Assembly (NCBI RefSeq): GCF_009914755.1
Contig: NC_060925.1
From: the human T2T-CHM13v2.0 reference genome, Homo sapiens
Length of the DNA stretch: 64,000 nucleotides
Direction: 5' to 3' (one strand)
Position 1 is the stretch's first letter. Each line of letters begins with the position of its first letter. A program made the position numbers and the translations under genes. Shown in pieces: positions 1-14,465 of the stretch. Under the pieces are notes generated by a model that was not told where the DNA came from, made no database searches, and saw nothing but the letters and a program-made list of their open reading frames with translations.

Positions 1-1249
1 TTTTTAATCTCACTTTATCTATCACTAGTACTCTGATGCAATAGAGAAAACATTTTAAGTATTTCCAAGTATTTTCTTATCAGTTTTAGTAATGTGGAAA
101 CTTCTCTTAAGAATTATTCACATGGCAGCAATGCAGGGACCATTCTTTTTAGTAATTCTGATGCATTCATGTGTTTTTATTGTTGATCTTTTAGTTTTTT
201 AATATTCTAAATAAGTTGCCTTGATATTGATGTACCAGTTTTCAGGAGGCAACTGTTTTGGGGAAGTTTTGTGACTTTATGGGTACTTAGTTTTCTTGTT
301 TGCTAAATAATTTAAGAGGTTTTTTTCCCTCAAGGTGTAATTGCTCATGAAAAATATTTTCTGTTTCACATTTTCTACCCTAAGATGAAATATATTTTTG
401 GCTTGCATTAATAACTTGCACCATTTTAACTTTTGGGAATGAATTGATTATATTTATATTCTATTATAATCTAAAAACAGCTTAGCACTCTTAATAGATT
501 TTCCAACATTACAGGAAAAGACAAAGACTAGTAGACCTTGGATAAGAAGATAAAATGAGATGCTAGTGATAAGTATTCTCAGTGATCTCATGACTGTCAG
601 GCCCATCCTACTTTACACCTTCTAATGCAACTTAAGATATCTGAATTGTATTCATTGTGCCAAAAGAGAAAATACTTATGCACTGTAAATTAGTGTTACA
701 TACCAAAATTTTAATTTTATATAATTTCCCACAATTATGTATAGCAAATATTTGTGAAGTTTAGTTTGTTGATACCTCATTATGCCTTCCAAAGAAAAAT
801 GTTTCCATAGAAAGATTAATAAATGATAAAAATCACACTTAGAACTGTCCATTATACTTCCAGAAGCATCCTATCTTTTTCATCACCCAGTCTCTGTGAA
901 TTTAATTCTTTGAAATAACCACGACAAAATATAGTCTTATAAAATTGCATTATAATTACAATGCTGTGTTTGAGAACTTAACATCCCCTCTGATGGTAAA
1001 TGTTTGACCTAATTACAAACTTATAACAAAGAATTCTAACTGCTTGTCATCTCATGTTAAGACCTTTTATAGTATTAAATGGACCAATAGGGATCTCTGA
1101 GGTTTTTTTGTTGTTGCTTTGTTTTTACTAATTGGATATATGAAGGATAAGGCATACCAAGAAACTATTATTTTTAAGTATGAAATGTGCCAAACAGACA
1201 TTTATTATTTCTGTTTTATTTGAAACTAAGACTGTAGACCCACAGATTA

Positions 1250-1390
1250 TATTTTAGAAGTGGTGGAGACGTCATAGATCATCTCCAAACTCTGTTTATA
1301 ATAGAGTGAGGAAGCTGAGACCCATCAAGGTTAAATGGCTTGTTCAAGGTCACACAACCAGTTACTGTCAAACCTTATAATCAGGTCTAT
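1250..1390 (-). mobile_element. MIR SINE fragment
   Basis: gaggaagctgagaccc..aggttaaatggcttgttcaaggtcacacaaccagtt resembles the reverse MIR core; boundaries approximate. Confidence 0.7.
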
Positions 1391-1704
1391 TATTATAAGA
1401 TGGATATGGATTGTGTTAGTGGCACATTTAAACATTTGACAACACTCCAAGCAGGAAATGCTTCCTTATATTTAACATAAATCACTTACTTCCTCTTACT
1501 AGATACTTGGAAGAAATGGAGAGCAGCTGGTGCCTGTAATTCTAGTTCTCTTATGACTTCATTATTTCTCATCATTTAATTAACATTTTTCCTAATCCTC
1601 TTCAAAAACACCTTGCACACCAGGATTGCATTTTTTTGTTTGTTTGTTTTTTATTTTTTTAACCACAGCAGTACATTTCTAAAGGATGCTTAGTGTATGA
1701 TTCC

Positions 1705-1834
1705 CTGGGTTGGCTACACAATTGCAAGTCCCTTTGTTAAAAATTAAAAATTTTTAAGATGGCAGTAACAGAGCTTTAAACCCCAAGTGCCAGACCTGCA
1801 TAACACAGGTTTCCTGCCCATGAAGCTGACCCTG
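1705..1834 (+). mobile_element. MER91-like hAT-Tip100 MITE
   Basis: ctgggttggctacacaattg...aagatggcagtaacagagctttaaacc...cctgcccatgaagctgaccctg resembles MER91 termini and body. Confidence 0.6.
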
Positions 1835-4800
1835 ATAGTTCCAGATATTTTGCCTGAAATTTTCTTTTTTAAAGATTAACATGTCAAACTTTATGCTTAA
1901 ATGTTTTGATATGCCACAGAGAATAGTAATTTTTTTGTAAAATAAGATCATTTTCTATCTTTCTCTGTTGATGAGGTTATGCTGGGTAATATCACTGAAG
2001 CTCTTCCTGAGATTTCTTGAGGAAGAATATTAGAATTATATAACTCAGAAATAAGCAGTGTATATTCTACTTGGAGTTGTAATGTCTAGAATGCAGGAAC
2101 CAAGTTACTCAATGGAGTTCAAAAATGATACTTAGATATTCACTGTCCACTATATAATTGGATTTGGTCTTGGTCATTTAATTTGTAGTGGGATGTTTGG
2201 AGATGAATAATTTTAAAAAGAGTGTGTCTATTAAGATGTGACTATTTTCCCAAAATCTTTGAAAGGAGACAGCTTGGATCAGCTATAGCCCTTTTTATAT
2301 TAATATAAATCACTTAGGTGGTGACGCAGATGGGTTTTACCAGATATGCTGAATTTCACCTAAGTGAAATGATGGTAATCTTCTTACACATAAGTCAGAA
2401 ATAATATAATCTGATGTTTGTATATACATACTTTTATATGTAAATTGATTAGCTTTTTGTCACATCTGATTTTTCTGTTTGAATAATATCCAGTATTTAT
2501 TTGAATAATTTTGATAAAAGTGGAAAAGTTACTTTTAAAGTAAATAGTATTTGAAGATTTGCATAGGGAAAAGACTAGCCTACTTAAAAAAAAAAAAGAC
2601 TAAACAAAATTATGTCCAAGTGATCAGGTATATCTGGGTGTTTATTTTTGCCTGCCCATAAATTTTCAGATACTTTATTTTCAACTATAAAAAAGTTGCA
2701 ATTCTATTTCATAGCATAAATATTGTAAAAGCGCCCTGTCACATATTCTTTCATTTTCTTATAAATATTTATATTGATACCAACTTTTAGATGGATTGGT
2801 TACATTATTTATTGCTATATTAAAAACTTACTATATAACAAATATATGTACATTTTTACTTTTTACACGTTGGCATTAGATTTTTTTTTTTTTAATCAGA
2901 GCTAAACATTTATATAGGGCTGCCTTTTTTCAAGGGAAACAGGATTTTCAAACAATAATGCTCTTTGGCTAGATAATTAACTTTTAAAAAGATATGTGTT
3001 TATTAGAATAAATTTTAAGAGAAGATTGTCCTTTCTTTTTTTAAATTCTTTGGCTTTATGGAAGTTCCTGCTTTGTAGTGCTAATATACATTTTACCCAT
3101 AGTAAAAAGAATTCGAATTTTCATTGCCTTTTTGCTGTTCATCCTCTTTTAAGAGATAGCCAACAGTGCCACCATCAGAACAGACAGGCTTTTCTCATTT
3201 TAAGTGTTGGTTTTCTCAAAAAACAAAAAAAAACAAACCCCCAAAACCCTATACTTAAGGAATGGTTTAAAAACCACATATGTTTAAACACACACATTAA
3301 AAATAATGAGAGATACTAATGGCATAATGAAACTGCCTTTATTTTGTGAAAAAGTCAAATTCATGTCATTCTTTAAAGGCCTATAACGAATTTGGATACT
3401 TAACTCTTAGACCAGGTCATTCTGAGTAGTAGTATATTGAATTCAGCTTCTTGTCATCAGGTTTAACTTGTAAGTTACAGTCTCAAAGAATACAAAAACA
3501 TGAAAATAATCAGATTATCTTGGTCCGGTAACGTCTTCCCTATTGTGCAATTTGGGGGCAATTTTTAAATTATGCCTTTTCTTTTAGATTTGATTTCTTT
3601 TTTATAATGGTATTTAAAAAGTAAACTGCCAACTACATTATAATTATGATGATTTCAAAATCCGTATTAAAGCATAAAAATTTGTTTTCATGGTCTGATA
3701 CACACATGATATGTTATATTTATTTTTGAATGAAAAGAAACCTGGTCCCCATCTTCCTGTTGACATCAAACAGTCCTCTGATATGCTAATCCAGCATCAG
3801 GGAGAGCACATATACAGGGTTTATTTGGACTCATTCCAAGTCTGAAAGAAAATTATGTGTAAAGAACTGATTTTGTAGCATTGCCCCCTTTGAATGAAAA
3901 CTGATGTTGACACAGTCTGCAATTAAAAAGACTTAGTATTGAAACATGATATGGGAGGTTTCTAACATTTTAGTAAGACCCTGATTTGCTTTTTAATTAC
4001 CTGGTCATCTAATTGTTATTTATTCTTTGGGATGTAATGTTACTGATATAATAACTATTGAAATTGCTAATAAATTTATTTCTGTAATATGTGTTATAAG
4101 AAAGATTAAACTAAGATTATTAGCTTTTCCTTAAAGATTTATCTTTTGGTACATACCTTGAGTACATATGAGACAGTAGATATAATTTTTTGCTAAGTAT
4201 GAAGTAAGGATATCAGCAGATTTCCTTGTACTGTTTTTCCATTCAGCCTGCCCTCAGCTGGTCACAGGTGTAAAAACTGAAAGGTAGCTGTTTTAGAATT
4301 TTCTCAAGTATAGTTCCTCCATATTCAATAACAAAAAATCAATTTAGTTGGACTTCTCAAAATGTCTTTGGATAAATTGCATTAAAGTACATATTTAAAT
4401 TTTAATACCTATATATATTTTAAAACAGTTAAAATTATTAGAAAATTTTATGGAAACCTATTACAATGCAATATTCATGTTGGTCATTTATAGGTATTGT
4501 TAAATGGGAAACCAGTTGCATTTTGTTTTTGAAAAATAATTTTTATGTGTTGAATCTTTGTAAGTCTTATGAAGCTAAGAACTTTGTCCTTGAAGTAGTA
4601 TATTATTAGTATAGTCTTCTAGCAGATTTATTGTAGAAAAAATGAGCATAAATAAGTACCTCTGGTTTTACAATTATTGTAGTATTTGCCCTCTTATGTG
4701 CCAGGACCCCTCTCCTAAGTAGCCTATTGGTGCTGTCAGCTTTTTGCCTGGGCATTCCTGTAAGGTTTTTCTTCCATGGAGTTTAGTTTCATTCATTCAA

Positions 4801-5342
4801 AGCAAAGTACAAGTTTGACTTGCATTGTGCAGTAGAAATATTCATGAAAACTTTCTACATAAATTCCTTTTATTTGTTTAATTTTTAATAAATTATGATA
4901 TTTCAAATCACCAGGGTGGTTCAATATTTAAAAGGAATTCTGTAGTGAAACCTTCTGCCAGGAGAAGAATTGTCTTTTAATGAACATAATTACCTACTGG
5001 TATCTAGACTTTTTTATTCTGGCTCTTCTTAAAATCAAATTTGACATCTTCCTTTTAAGACAAGAAATTGTTTTATATAGATGTTAATTTTTTGAAATAG
5101 TGGGACATCACAAAAAGGTACTGTTACACAGTTTCCGCTAACCTTAGTTATAATAGGAAAAAAACTTAAGCCATTATGTCAGATAAAATTATTGGAATAA
5201 TTTCAGTATAAAGATCATATGCTTTTTAGTTGATAATGGTAGATAAAATTAGCTGTTTTTCTGACTTACGGATTTTTGCTTACCAGAATCCAGTCTTGAG
5301 AAATTTTAGTTTTTATAGTTCTTATTTTTAATTTTCAAAAAG

Positions 5343-5451
5343 CATTTTAAGAAGCAAAAGAGGCTAATTCCTGAAAGAACTGTTTGGAAGTATTTTGTTC
5401 AGCTTTGCAGTGCATTGGAACACATGCATTCTCGAAGAGTCATGCATAGAG
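5343..5451 (+). CDS. NEK7: NEK7 coding exon (probably exon 6), H125-R160 plus first base of D161
   Basis: aag|CAT...AGA G|gtaaga; 109 nt; translates [36 protein letters not shown], leading into the HRD catalytic motif. Confidence 0.98.
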
Positions 5452-6335
5452 GTAAGATAAAATCATTAAGTACTTTTAATCTTGTTTTAAATGATGTAAG
5501 TTCTTCAAAGTAAATGTCTTCAAGTCAGTACATAATACCATACTTTTTCAGGTAATTATTTTCAAATTATAATTATGCTAGAATGTTAAACCTTTAAATA
5601 AAGCACTACTAGGTTTTAAATAAGAATGTAAATTAATCTGCTTGACTCTTTTGAGCATCTTACTAACCAGTAAGATGCTGTTGGTAAAGATAAGACAGCA
5701 ATCAAATATATATAAGGAAGAGTTTTTTGTTTCTTCAAATAAACAATGTATATCATAACCACTTAGATTTTTAATATTCAGTATTAGCTCAGCATTCTTT
5801 TCATTCAAGTGGTTGAGCAGAGTGTGTTAACATTACATCAATAAGTAATTGATCCGCTGATACTGAAGTGTGAAAAATTTTAATACAATTCATTTATGCA
5901 ATTAAGATTTTTAAAGCCATCTAAGTAAATAAATATGTGCCTTATAGTGTTGTCGTGGTTTTATATTTTATGCAAATCTACCAGTAAGTTAATTTTTATT
6001 AAGATATTTTATTTAAAATTGATATCAAAAGGACACGTGTATTTTGTGCTTTGAATTTCACAGGTTTTTTGAAAATGGAAAACAAAATGCATTTGAAATA
6101 GAAATTAATAATCATGTTCATCATGCTACATTGATGATTAGCTGTCTAGCAGAGAATCGAGAACTCCTAGGTATTAGGATATATCAGAATTATTCAAAAT
6201 AAACTAATTGGTTCATAAATCAAACTTTCATGATTAAAATAAATTTTAAATTCTGTCACGAAAAGTAGTTGTTAATTCCTTTAAAATTTCTAAAATGTCT
6301 ATCATCTTTTACCTGATCCCTTCATTTATTCACAG

Positions 6336-6443
6336 ATATAAAACCAGCTAATGTGTTCATTACAGCCACTGGGGTGGTAAAACTTGGAGATCTTGGGCTT
6401 GGCCGGTTTTTCAGCTCAAAAACCACAGCTGCACATTCTTTAG
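6336..6443 (+). CDS. NEK7: NEK7 coding exon (probably exon 7), D161-L196: catalytic loop, DLG motif, activation loop with S195
   Basis: cacag|AT ATA AAA...TCT TTA G|gtaaga; 108 nt, phase 1-1; (D)[35 protein letters not shown]; DLG in place of DFG is the NEK6/7 signature. Confidence 0.98.
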
Positions 6444-8094
6444 GTAAGAGACACAATATAATTTCATTCAGTTACTTTGTGTATGTGTGATTAAAAGATA
6501 AGAGGTATACCAATTACATGCCAGCTCTTACATTCTTAATAAAACTATTTTAAAAATCACCAGGTCCTGAACAGATGCCTGCAACTCTCTATTAGGTATA
6601 AGGTTTCCTCTAATATGACAGTTGGATACTTCTGTTAACTTGACCTCAGGCAGACACTGAGTTAAAAAAAAAAATGCTGATAAGTCTGGTTTAACTATTG
6701 CCATAGAAAAGTCCTTTTATTGTACATTTAATAATAGATAATATGGTGATTAAGCTGTCTCTTGGAAGAAGACTTCACCTGACCATTTAAAAATACAATA
6801 GTAGTTTGTAAATTTTTATTTATTAAAATAAAGTATATGGCTGTGAGTGTTATTGTTTAGAATTAATAGAAATTACTAAAGGAGATCATTTTTAAATTGA
6901 GTAACTTAAAAGGAGTGATAGGGCTTATCTTAAAACTCCTCAAATTATATATTCTCCTTGTAAATACAGGACTTAGATCAAATGGTGACAATCAGAATTA
7001 AGTAAAAGTTATGTTAAAAATAAGTTTGCTTAAATTTAATGGTGCTCATCTTTGGTGTCATAATTTCATAGAAAGCCTTTTTTTTAATAAAATTGTTTTG
7101 AGATATGAAATAAAAACCTTTTAAATGGCCTGATGAGGAACAAATGAGTTATACTAAATAACAAAATAGTGAAATGAGCATCTGAATTAGTTGACTAGAG
7201 ATTTTAAGTTTTTCTGGCTTTGTTACCTAAGGTTCCGTGTGGCCTTGAACCTGTCATCGAATTTTTCTATATTTCTAAAACAGTACCTAAAACGTAAGTA
7301 GGTACTCAATTAATATTTGCTGAATTACAAAATATTGTATCCTAATTTCAAGAGTGTTAGAAAGATAATGCTTTGCATTTTTAACAGGATTTCAATTTTG
7401 TCAAATATTTTGAGAAAATGAAATTTCACAGTGATGCTGAATAACATAGTTTTTTTCTCCTTTCACTTCACATTTATTTTCATAGAGCGTTATAATTTTT
7501 CCTGAATAAAGAAATTTGACATGAAATTCCATAAGAAATGGATAAGTTTGCCCAGCACTTTAATAAAGTTTTATTGGGGAAGTTACAGTACATGCAATAC
7601 AAAGAGTGGAGGAGTTCTATAGAGAAAACCTTGGACTGTTCCAAGCCAGGGCCATTTATCACTAGTAGATAGCATGTTTTCACTTTATATTACTCATCTG
7701 AATAGAAGAATGTCATAAAAGCATTCTGTCACTAGTTTAGTTAGAAATGCCAGGCTACAATTACACACACACACCTGCACATGCCCCTGCTCATGCACAC
7801 ACGTGTGTTGTTTACATGCTGCTTTGCAGACTGTCTCTGAGCCTGCTGTAGTTATCCAGTCTGAAGGATCCAGCATTATTATATGAAACCCACTTCTTAA
7901 CCATTTTGTTTGGTTTACCTGATACTGCCTCTTGTAAAAGTTCTAAACAGAATTTAAGAACATATATGCATCTCCAAATTGAGGTGATATGCTAGTAGAA
8001 ATTATAGAGTAAAATTAATTTGAATAGATTTAATAATTCATTATGAATTTCTCATACCAAGTTTTATCAAAATCAACTTACCTAGGGTCATGTA

Positions 8095-8190
8095 ATTATA
8101 TATATGTAATATATATACATTATGTATATTTATATAATATATATTGTTTTATATATATAATGTGTGTATATATACACATTATAAATAAAC
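8095..8190. repeat. (TA)-rich low-complexity tract
   Basis: Degenerate TATA/TG dinucleotide run. Confidence 0.75.
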
Positions 8191-10159
8191 ATATGCTCAT
8201 GCCCATAATTACTAAGCATTCTAAGACATACCTGAAATACAGCAGTGAAAAAATAGAAATGAGACTGTTTTCTTAACAGATGAATCATAGAATATAATTT
8301 TTTCACAAGTATTTTTTGTTTTACATATTATTTTGAGAAAAAATATATCCTTAAAATAAGAAAATTTCCTTTATCCCTTGTCTTCTCTGTGAACTGAAGA
8401 TTTTGATTGTTTAAAACTAAAGTTCACTAAGCATAGTGCATTGAATACAAATAATTAAAATTTGGACTCCAGTCTACTAAGGCTCTTTGGACTCCATAAA
8501 AATCCTACTTAGAAGAATCAGGAAAAATTCTCTGCTAACATACAATATGTATAAAATAGCAAGGATAGAAATCCTGACAGACATTCTTGATGACAAATTG
8601 ACCCTAATTTTTACTTTTGGAAAAGTATTACTCTGCTATGTTGTCATATATTTTTAAGAGCAAATTTAAGTTTTCTTCTCAGAGTTGGCACTGAAAAGTA
8701 ATTGAAAACGTGGTGACCTATGCAAATTTATTTTGCTTATAGAAAACACAGTAGAACTATAGATTTTATTGTATGTTGATTCATTTTTTAATTTTACTGA
8801 GGATACAATCTATAGGTCATGATTCATCCATAGAGCAGGTATAAATTTCAGTGAAACTATAAATAAATGAAATCTCTATGTAGTTCATAAAGAAAAATCT
8901 GAGTAAGTTTACTTTAAACAAAGTTTGTACTGGAGCCAAATTTCTTTTAACTTTGGAAAGGAGGTATTTTCAGGAATTTAATTTTAAAATGCAAAGATAT
9001 ATAGGATTTTAAAAACATCTTATGCATTTATATTTTCAAAATACATTTTTGTTGAAAAATCAAGATACGATTTTAACTCATTTTAATTCATTAATAGGAT
9101 CGTGCACTTCCAAAACTATTTTGTATTTAACAGTCCTTAAGAGATTGGCAAGTCTTTGCATTTTCAATTGTCTATTCATTTTGTGTCTCTTATTTGTATC
9201 TTTTCATTCCATAATAAATCAACATACAATAAAACCTGTAGTCTGTCTTCTGTAGCAAATAAAGTTGTATAGGTGGCCACATTTCCAATTAGTTTTCAGA
9301 ACCAATTCTTAAAAGTATGATGACATAGCATAGTAGTAATTCCTTTAATATAAGGATTGAAAATTACAAATACTAAATCTGATATTGCTGCATGTTCAAA
9401 CTATGTTCAGATCTTCAAAACAGAAAAATATCCTAACAGGTCTTCACTTGTTTTTCTGCTTCCTCCCTGCTACCACCACATACATTGTCTCAAAATATCT
9501 CTACTTTCCGTTCCCTCATCCTTACTCAACAATTACTTCACATTTGGACTAAGAGATTACACTCTTTTGTTTCTGATATTTTTCTTCATAATCCATTCTG
9601 TGTGTTTCCACTAGAGTTATCTTCCTCAAAGACACTATCTGATTGTGTTACTTTCCTCAAAATCCTCCTTGGTTCCTTGTTGCCTGAAGAATGTCATGCA
9701 AGGTCCTTGGCCTGGCATTCAGCGCCCTTTACAGTTTGGTGTCCTCTAGCTTCCCACTCTGATTATTGACTGACTGTATCTCCCCAGTTCATGATGTGCC
9801 AGCCATGTTTTTCCTCTTGCTTTCTTGTGAGCATGAGAAAAAGCATGATGCTTTGGGAAGAATTTGGGATTTGCATGCTCTGTAGGACCTTTATCAAGCC
9901 ATGTATTAACTTTTCTAAAACCCAGTGTCTGGATTTATAAAACTAGAAATGCAGGTAATAACCATCCTATGTTGTCCCTTAACTCCTAAACAGTCCCTGA
10001 CCAAATAATATAATGAATGCAAGTGTTTTCTTAACACTGTAATGAACTGTATAAATGTTCAATTGCTTGTGGTGGTGGTGAAGTGATGAAGATGCAGAGA
10101 AAGAAAGGGGGAAGTGGAAAAGGAGTTCTCCAGGTACAGTTTATTTATTCTGCCTGAAC

Positions 10160-10620
10160 TGATTGATTCAAAAAATAGTTTTCATACCTGTTATATGCAG
10201 GTGCTATTCTAGAGACAAGGAATGTAGCCTGAGCAAGACAAGTCCATGTCCTCAGGGAGCTTACCTTATGGTGGGAGGAAATAGATAATAAAGCAAACAA
10301 AAAACTAGGATGAATTATTAGTGATATGACAGAAAATGGCCAGTTGGGGAACTAATTTGGAGAGAGTGAGGTGGGGCAAGTCCCTTCTGAGAAGGTGATA
10401 TTTAAACTGAGATGTAAAGGATATAAAAGAGGCAGCTATGAAATAATGTCCCAGGTAGACTGAAGAGCATTTCATACAAAAGGTGGATACAGGATAAGCT
10501 CTGTCTGCTGGAACTGAGTGAAGAAAAGACAGGGCTGGATGTAGGAGCAATTCACATTTTATTCTAAGTGCAGTGGCAAGCTTTCCCAAGGTTAAATATA
10601 ATGAGAGCGATGTGATATGG
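10160..10620 (-). mobile_element. L2 LINE fragment
   Basis: Reverse L2 3'-end motifs (ttcaaaaaatagtt..tatgcaggtgctattctagag..ctcagggagctta..gagaaggtgatatttaaactgaga). Confidence 0.7.
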
Positions 10621-10639
10621 GTTGAAGACAGCAGCCACG

Positions 10640-11040
10640 AGCCTCCTTCGTTCTTCTTTGGGCTAAGCATGCCCAGGGTAGTCTCCTATCTTCAGGGTCT
10701 TCTGTGTCCTGCGAGTCTGCATCTTTTCCTCTCAGAGTACCCTTAGTATGTGCTACCCAGAACTGAGCAGAGTACACCACATTGGAACTCATTAGCCCAT
10801 AGAGCAGAATGTTTACACTGCCTGTGGTCTGTGATCTAAACGGTTGTTTGGTTTTTTTTGGTCTCCTTATCCTCCTCCCACCTTCACTTTTGTTTTTACA
10901 CGAAGTTATGTTAGGGAAGATTTTCAATTGTTGTTTTTGTATTAATTTGTATGGAGGTGTGGCTAGGGAGACTAATTGTAGGATATTTTGACATAAGTGT
11001 AGGACACTTATGAATTTTGCCTTATTATTTGTCAATCTTA
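10640..11040 (-). mobile_element. L3/CR1 LINE fragment
   Basis: tacccagaactgagcagagtacaccacattgg and ataagtgtaggacactt resemble CR1/L3 RT-region consensus. Confidence 0.55.
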
Positions 11041-11131
11041 TAAAAATATATGTTAAGAAACTTATCTATATCTACATCTTTAAAATTTATGATGAGGGCA
11101 CAACTTTCTTAAGCTTTCTAATAGTATAGGT

Positions 11132-11288
11132 CAGTGGCTTTCAAATTTCTTGACAATGATGGAACTGCATTACATTCTGATATTGTCTGTTCTATGTTAT
11201 TTCACTAGAAATCACACTGGTTACAGCCCACTAAATTGATTTCACAACTCGTTAATGGGTTGTATGACCCACAATTTGGAAAACAGTG
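11132..11288. mobile_element. hAT-Charlie MITE (Charlie4z-like)
   Basis: cagtg..tttcaaa / tttggaaaacagtg termini; cccactaaattgatttcac..taatgggt..gacccac core; 8-bp TSD gtataggt (11124-11131) / gtctaggt (11289-11296). Confidence 0.7.
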
Positions 11289-12439
11289 GTCTAGGTCTGC
11301 AGCGCCTTCATGCTGTTTCATTTACTTAAAGGCTAATTCCCATTTTCTACCTACTTTTGGACATTCTCCAGACTTGTTATCTGGCCTGTTGAATTGGTCA
11401 ATCATAAATTACTCATTTACACAGCTTCTTGTGCTTCTGGAGGGGTATAATAACATTTATCATAGTTCTTTACAGTTTGCAAATCATTCAACTCTCTAAA
11501 ATCCTTACACATACATGTGAGCTATGCACATGAGCTGTTCGTATTCTAAAGTTGAGAAAACGAAGCAGAGAAAGGTAAACAGCTAGAAGATAGTGAATAG
11601 GTCTGTGGCTTCCTAGTCTGGGTTTACTCTAGCATGAAGTCTGTTTTTTCATTATGTCAGTTCCTTGTGACATTTTTTCTTTCTTTATACTGTTTTCTGA
11701 TTTGTTGTTATTAGATCTAGAAATACTATATTCGGCTTTGTTACATTGCTTAGGAGCCTACATATGAAGACATAGTTTGCTCTCTCTCCTAGAATTGACT
11801 ACTCTTGCTGCTCCAAGATTCAGAAGTAAACAGGAAATAGGCCGCTAGGATATCAAAATCTGTCTTCATGGCCATCTGTCCACCCTTAACTTTAGCTGAT
11901 ATTTCTAAAGAAGTGGCTATTTTATACTGAAAGCTAAAATTTCACCAAAACTTGTGAAATTGGAACACGGCAATCAAGTAATAAATTTTCTCGTATCGTA
12001 AGAGGCAAAATGTACTTTTGGTATATTTCTGTTTCTTAAGTTACTCTGAGGTCTCCTTTCAGCAAATAAAAACATTCTGAACCAGAGGCAGCTTACTAAG
12101 AGATAAGTATCTTAATCATTGAATATTTAAACATATAAACAGAGTACCAGAACAATTTTATATATTCCAAATATATACTATTTCTAGGCAAATCATATCA
12201 AACTTCCCTTATTTCCTATAATAGTGACCCAGGAGAATCCTCTGTTGCTACTAAATATTAACAATAACAGTAATGGCAATGAATACGAGTACTGTATAGC
12301 ATTTAAAAATTTCTGAGCATTTTAAAGCACGTTTTCTCCTCTGTTCCTCAGTGTTGTGGGTACAGTAAGTTACAGATGAGAAAACTGAGATCACTCTATT
12401 TAAAACTGAACCTGACTGCCCCCGCTTCACTCCCACTCC

Positions 12440-12680
12440 ACCCCTAGAACTCCTAAACCTTACCCTATTTTATTTTTTCTTTTTTCCTTAGGACTTAGTA
12501 TCTTCTGACATGCCGTGTAATTTACTTATTATGCTTTGTATGTATTGTCTCTCCCAGCGAAATGTAAGTTTTATGAGGACAGAGATCTTTGTGTATTTGG
12601 TTCCCTCATGTATCCTAGATACCTAGAAGAGGGGATTGCTCGTAATAGATACTCAATAAATATTGATTAAATGAATGAAG
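12440..12680 (+). mobile_element. L2 LINE 3' end
   Basis: aatgtaagttttatgaggacagagatc...ctcaataaatattgattaaatgaatgaa typical L2 tail. Confidence 0.75.
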
Positions 12681-12722
12681 CTTAGAGACAGACTACATAC
12701 ATAAAGGGTGAATTTGACTAAG

Positions 12723-13140
12723 TGTATCAGTAAGTATAGGTTAGATTATGCTGCAAGAAGAAACAATACAAAAAAGCCTCAATTGCTTAGCAATGAAGTA
12801 TGTTCTAATCTTTTGTCACCCACAGTGAGTTGTAGACGCTTGTTGGTCTTTAAGGTAGCTGACGTCCCTTCATGTGGTGACTTGGCATTCCAGGCAGCTT
12901 CAGTCTTGTGTTATATTCATATCAACATACGTTTTTGTGATCCCATGAGGGGAAGAGAGCATGGAGAATCACTTACTGGCTCTTAATTAAGCCCTTCTGC
13001 TTGAATGTAAAAGATTACTTCCATTCACATTTCATTGGCCAAAACAGATCTCATGGCAATGAGTATCTCAAAGGGACAGGGAAATGTAATTCTCCTATTT
13101 GTTCAGGAAGAGGAGAATCAGAAATAATGAATATGAGTAT
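12723..13140 (-). mobile_element. MaLR LTR (MLT1J/K/L-like)
   Basis: ggttagattatgctgca..aacaat.. and cacatttcattggccaaaaca..catggc..aagggacagggaaatgtaattctcc motifs. Confidence 0.65.
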
Positions 13141-13942
13141 TGTTCATGGCTTTGAGATAGAGGAAAAATACCTAATTTCAGTTTTTTTAAAAATACTGCT
13201 TGTATCCTTTTTCTACTTGTTTATTTTTGTGACATATTTGTAGCTATTGCAACCAAAGGGTAATTAACTCTCTTAATGGGAATGGGTGGTAGTGGTGAAT
13301 GAAGAGTGAGCCGTTAGGAAATTTACATCTTTCTAAATTGGAAAATTCTAAGCAGAGAGATTATCTTTAAATCCAGAAAGATTCATGAGGTTCACTGGAG
13401 TATTGATCCCTGGTGACTTTTCTCTGGATCAATAAATCTGCAGTTATCCCTGCTGGACTTGCTTTTGATAAGAGCTTATTTTGGTCAATTTAAAACATTT
13501 ATAATAAAAAATAGTTACTTATCAAGCTTCAAATACTCATATGGACTAAGTGCCATGTAGCACATTAACTGATTTCTATTCTACATCTCTTTGAGATAGG
13601 TATGATTATCAAGTTTAGATTTCTGTCAGTGACCAAGCCAGAGTTCATTTAAATTACAAAGGACCATAATTTAAACCTGTATACATTGCCTTATTAACCA
13701 TATTATTCTTCTTTTGGCAAATGTATTGGCTTCTCCTGCTCCGCCACCCCTGACAAAAAAGAACACCATCCCAAAATGATCCAGTGAGCTTTTAGAGGTC
13801 ACACTTTTTTTTTTTTTTTGAACCATATGCATTTTTCTCTTACCCCCTCGGTCCTTATGTAATTCTTGGTGTGAGGTAGGTCCATACCACATAGAATTGA
13901 GTGTTTCATTCTCCCACTCAATGCATGAATCATTAACACGTT

Positions 13943-14465
13943 TGTATTTATTTTCAATTGCTGCCCTAACACATTACCAAAAACTTAGTGGCTTAAAACA
14001 ACAGAAACGTATTATTTTTCTGTTCTGTAGGTCAGAAGTCCAATATGACTCTAACCAGGCTAACATCAAGGTATCTGTAGGATTGCAGGACTTCTGGAGG
14101 TTCAGTCCATTTCTTGTCTATTCAGATTATGGCAGAATTCAGTTTTTTGGTTTTGTAGGACTGACGTTCTTGTTTCCTCACTGGCTGTGAGCTGAGGGCC
14201 ATTCCCAGCTTCTAGAGGCTGCCCTCATTCCTTGGCTCCTGGCTTCCTTCCTCCCTTTTAAAAGTTAGCAGTGGTGGAGAGTCCCTCTCACACTTTGAAT
14301 CTCCCCTGCCCCTTCTGTTGCATCTCTTACTGATAATCTAGGGTAATCTTCCTATTATGAAGTCCTCAACCTTTATGGCTGCAAAGTCTCTTGCCACTAC
14401 CGTAACATAAACAGGTATAGCACCAAGAGGCGAAGATCATGGAGGCAAAATTTCTGCCTGTAACG
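13943..14465 (-). mobile_element. MaLR LTR (MLT1E-like)
   Basis: aaacttagtggcttaaaacaacag..ttctgtaggtcagaagtcc..ggcagaattcagtt..gttttgtaggactga..cagcttctagaggctgcc. Confidence 0.75.

Noticed and set aside
10592-11035. 147-aa minus-strand ORF
   Set aside because: Overlaps a decayed L3/CR1 fragment; no intact domain or splice support
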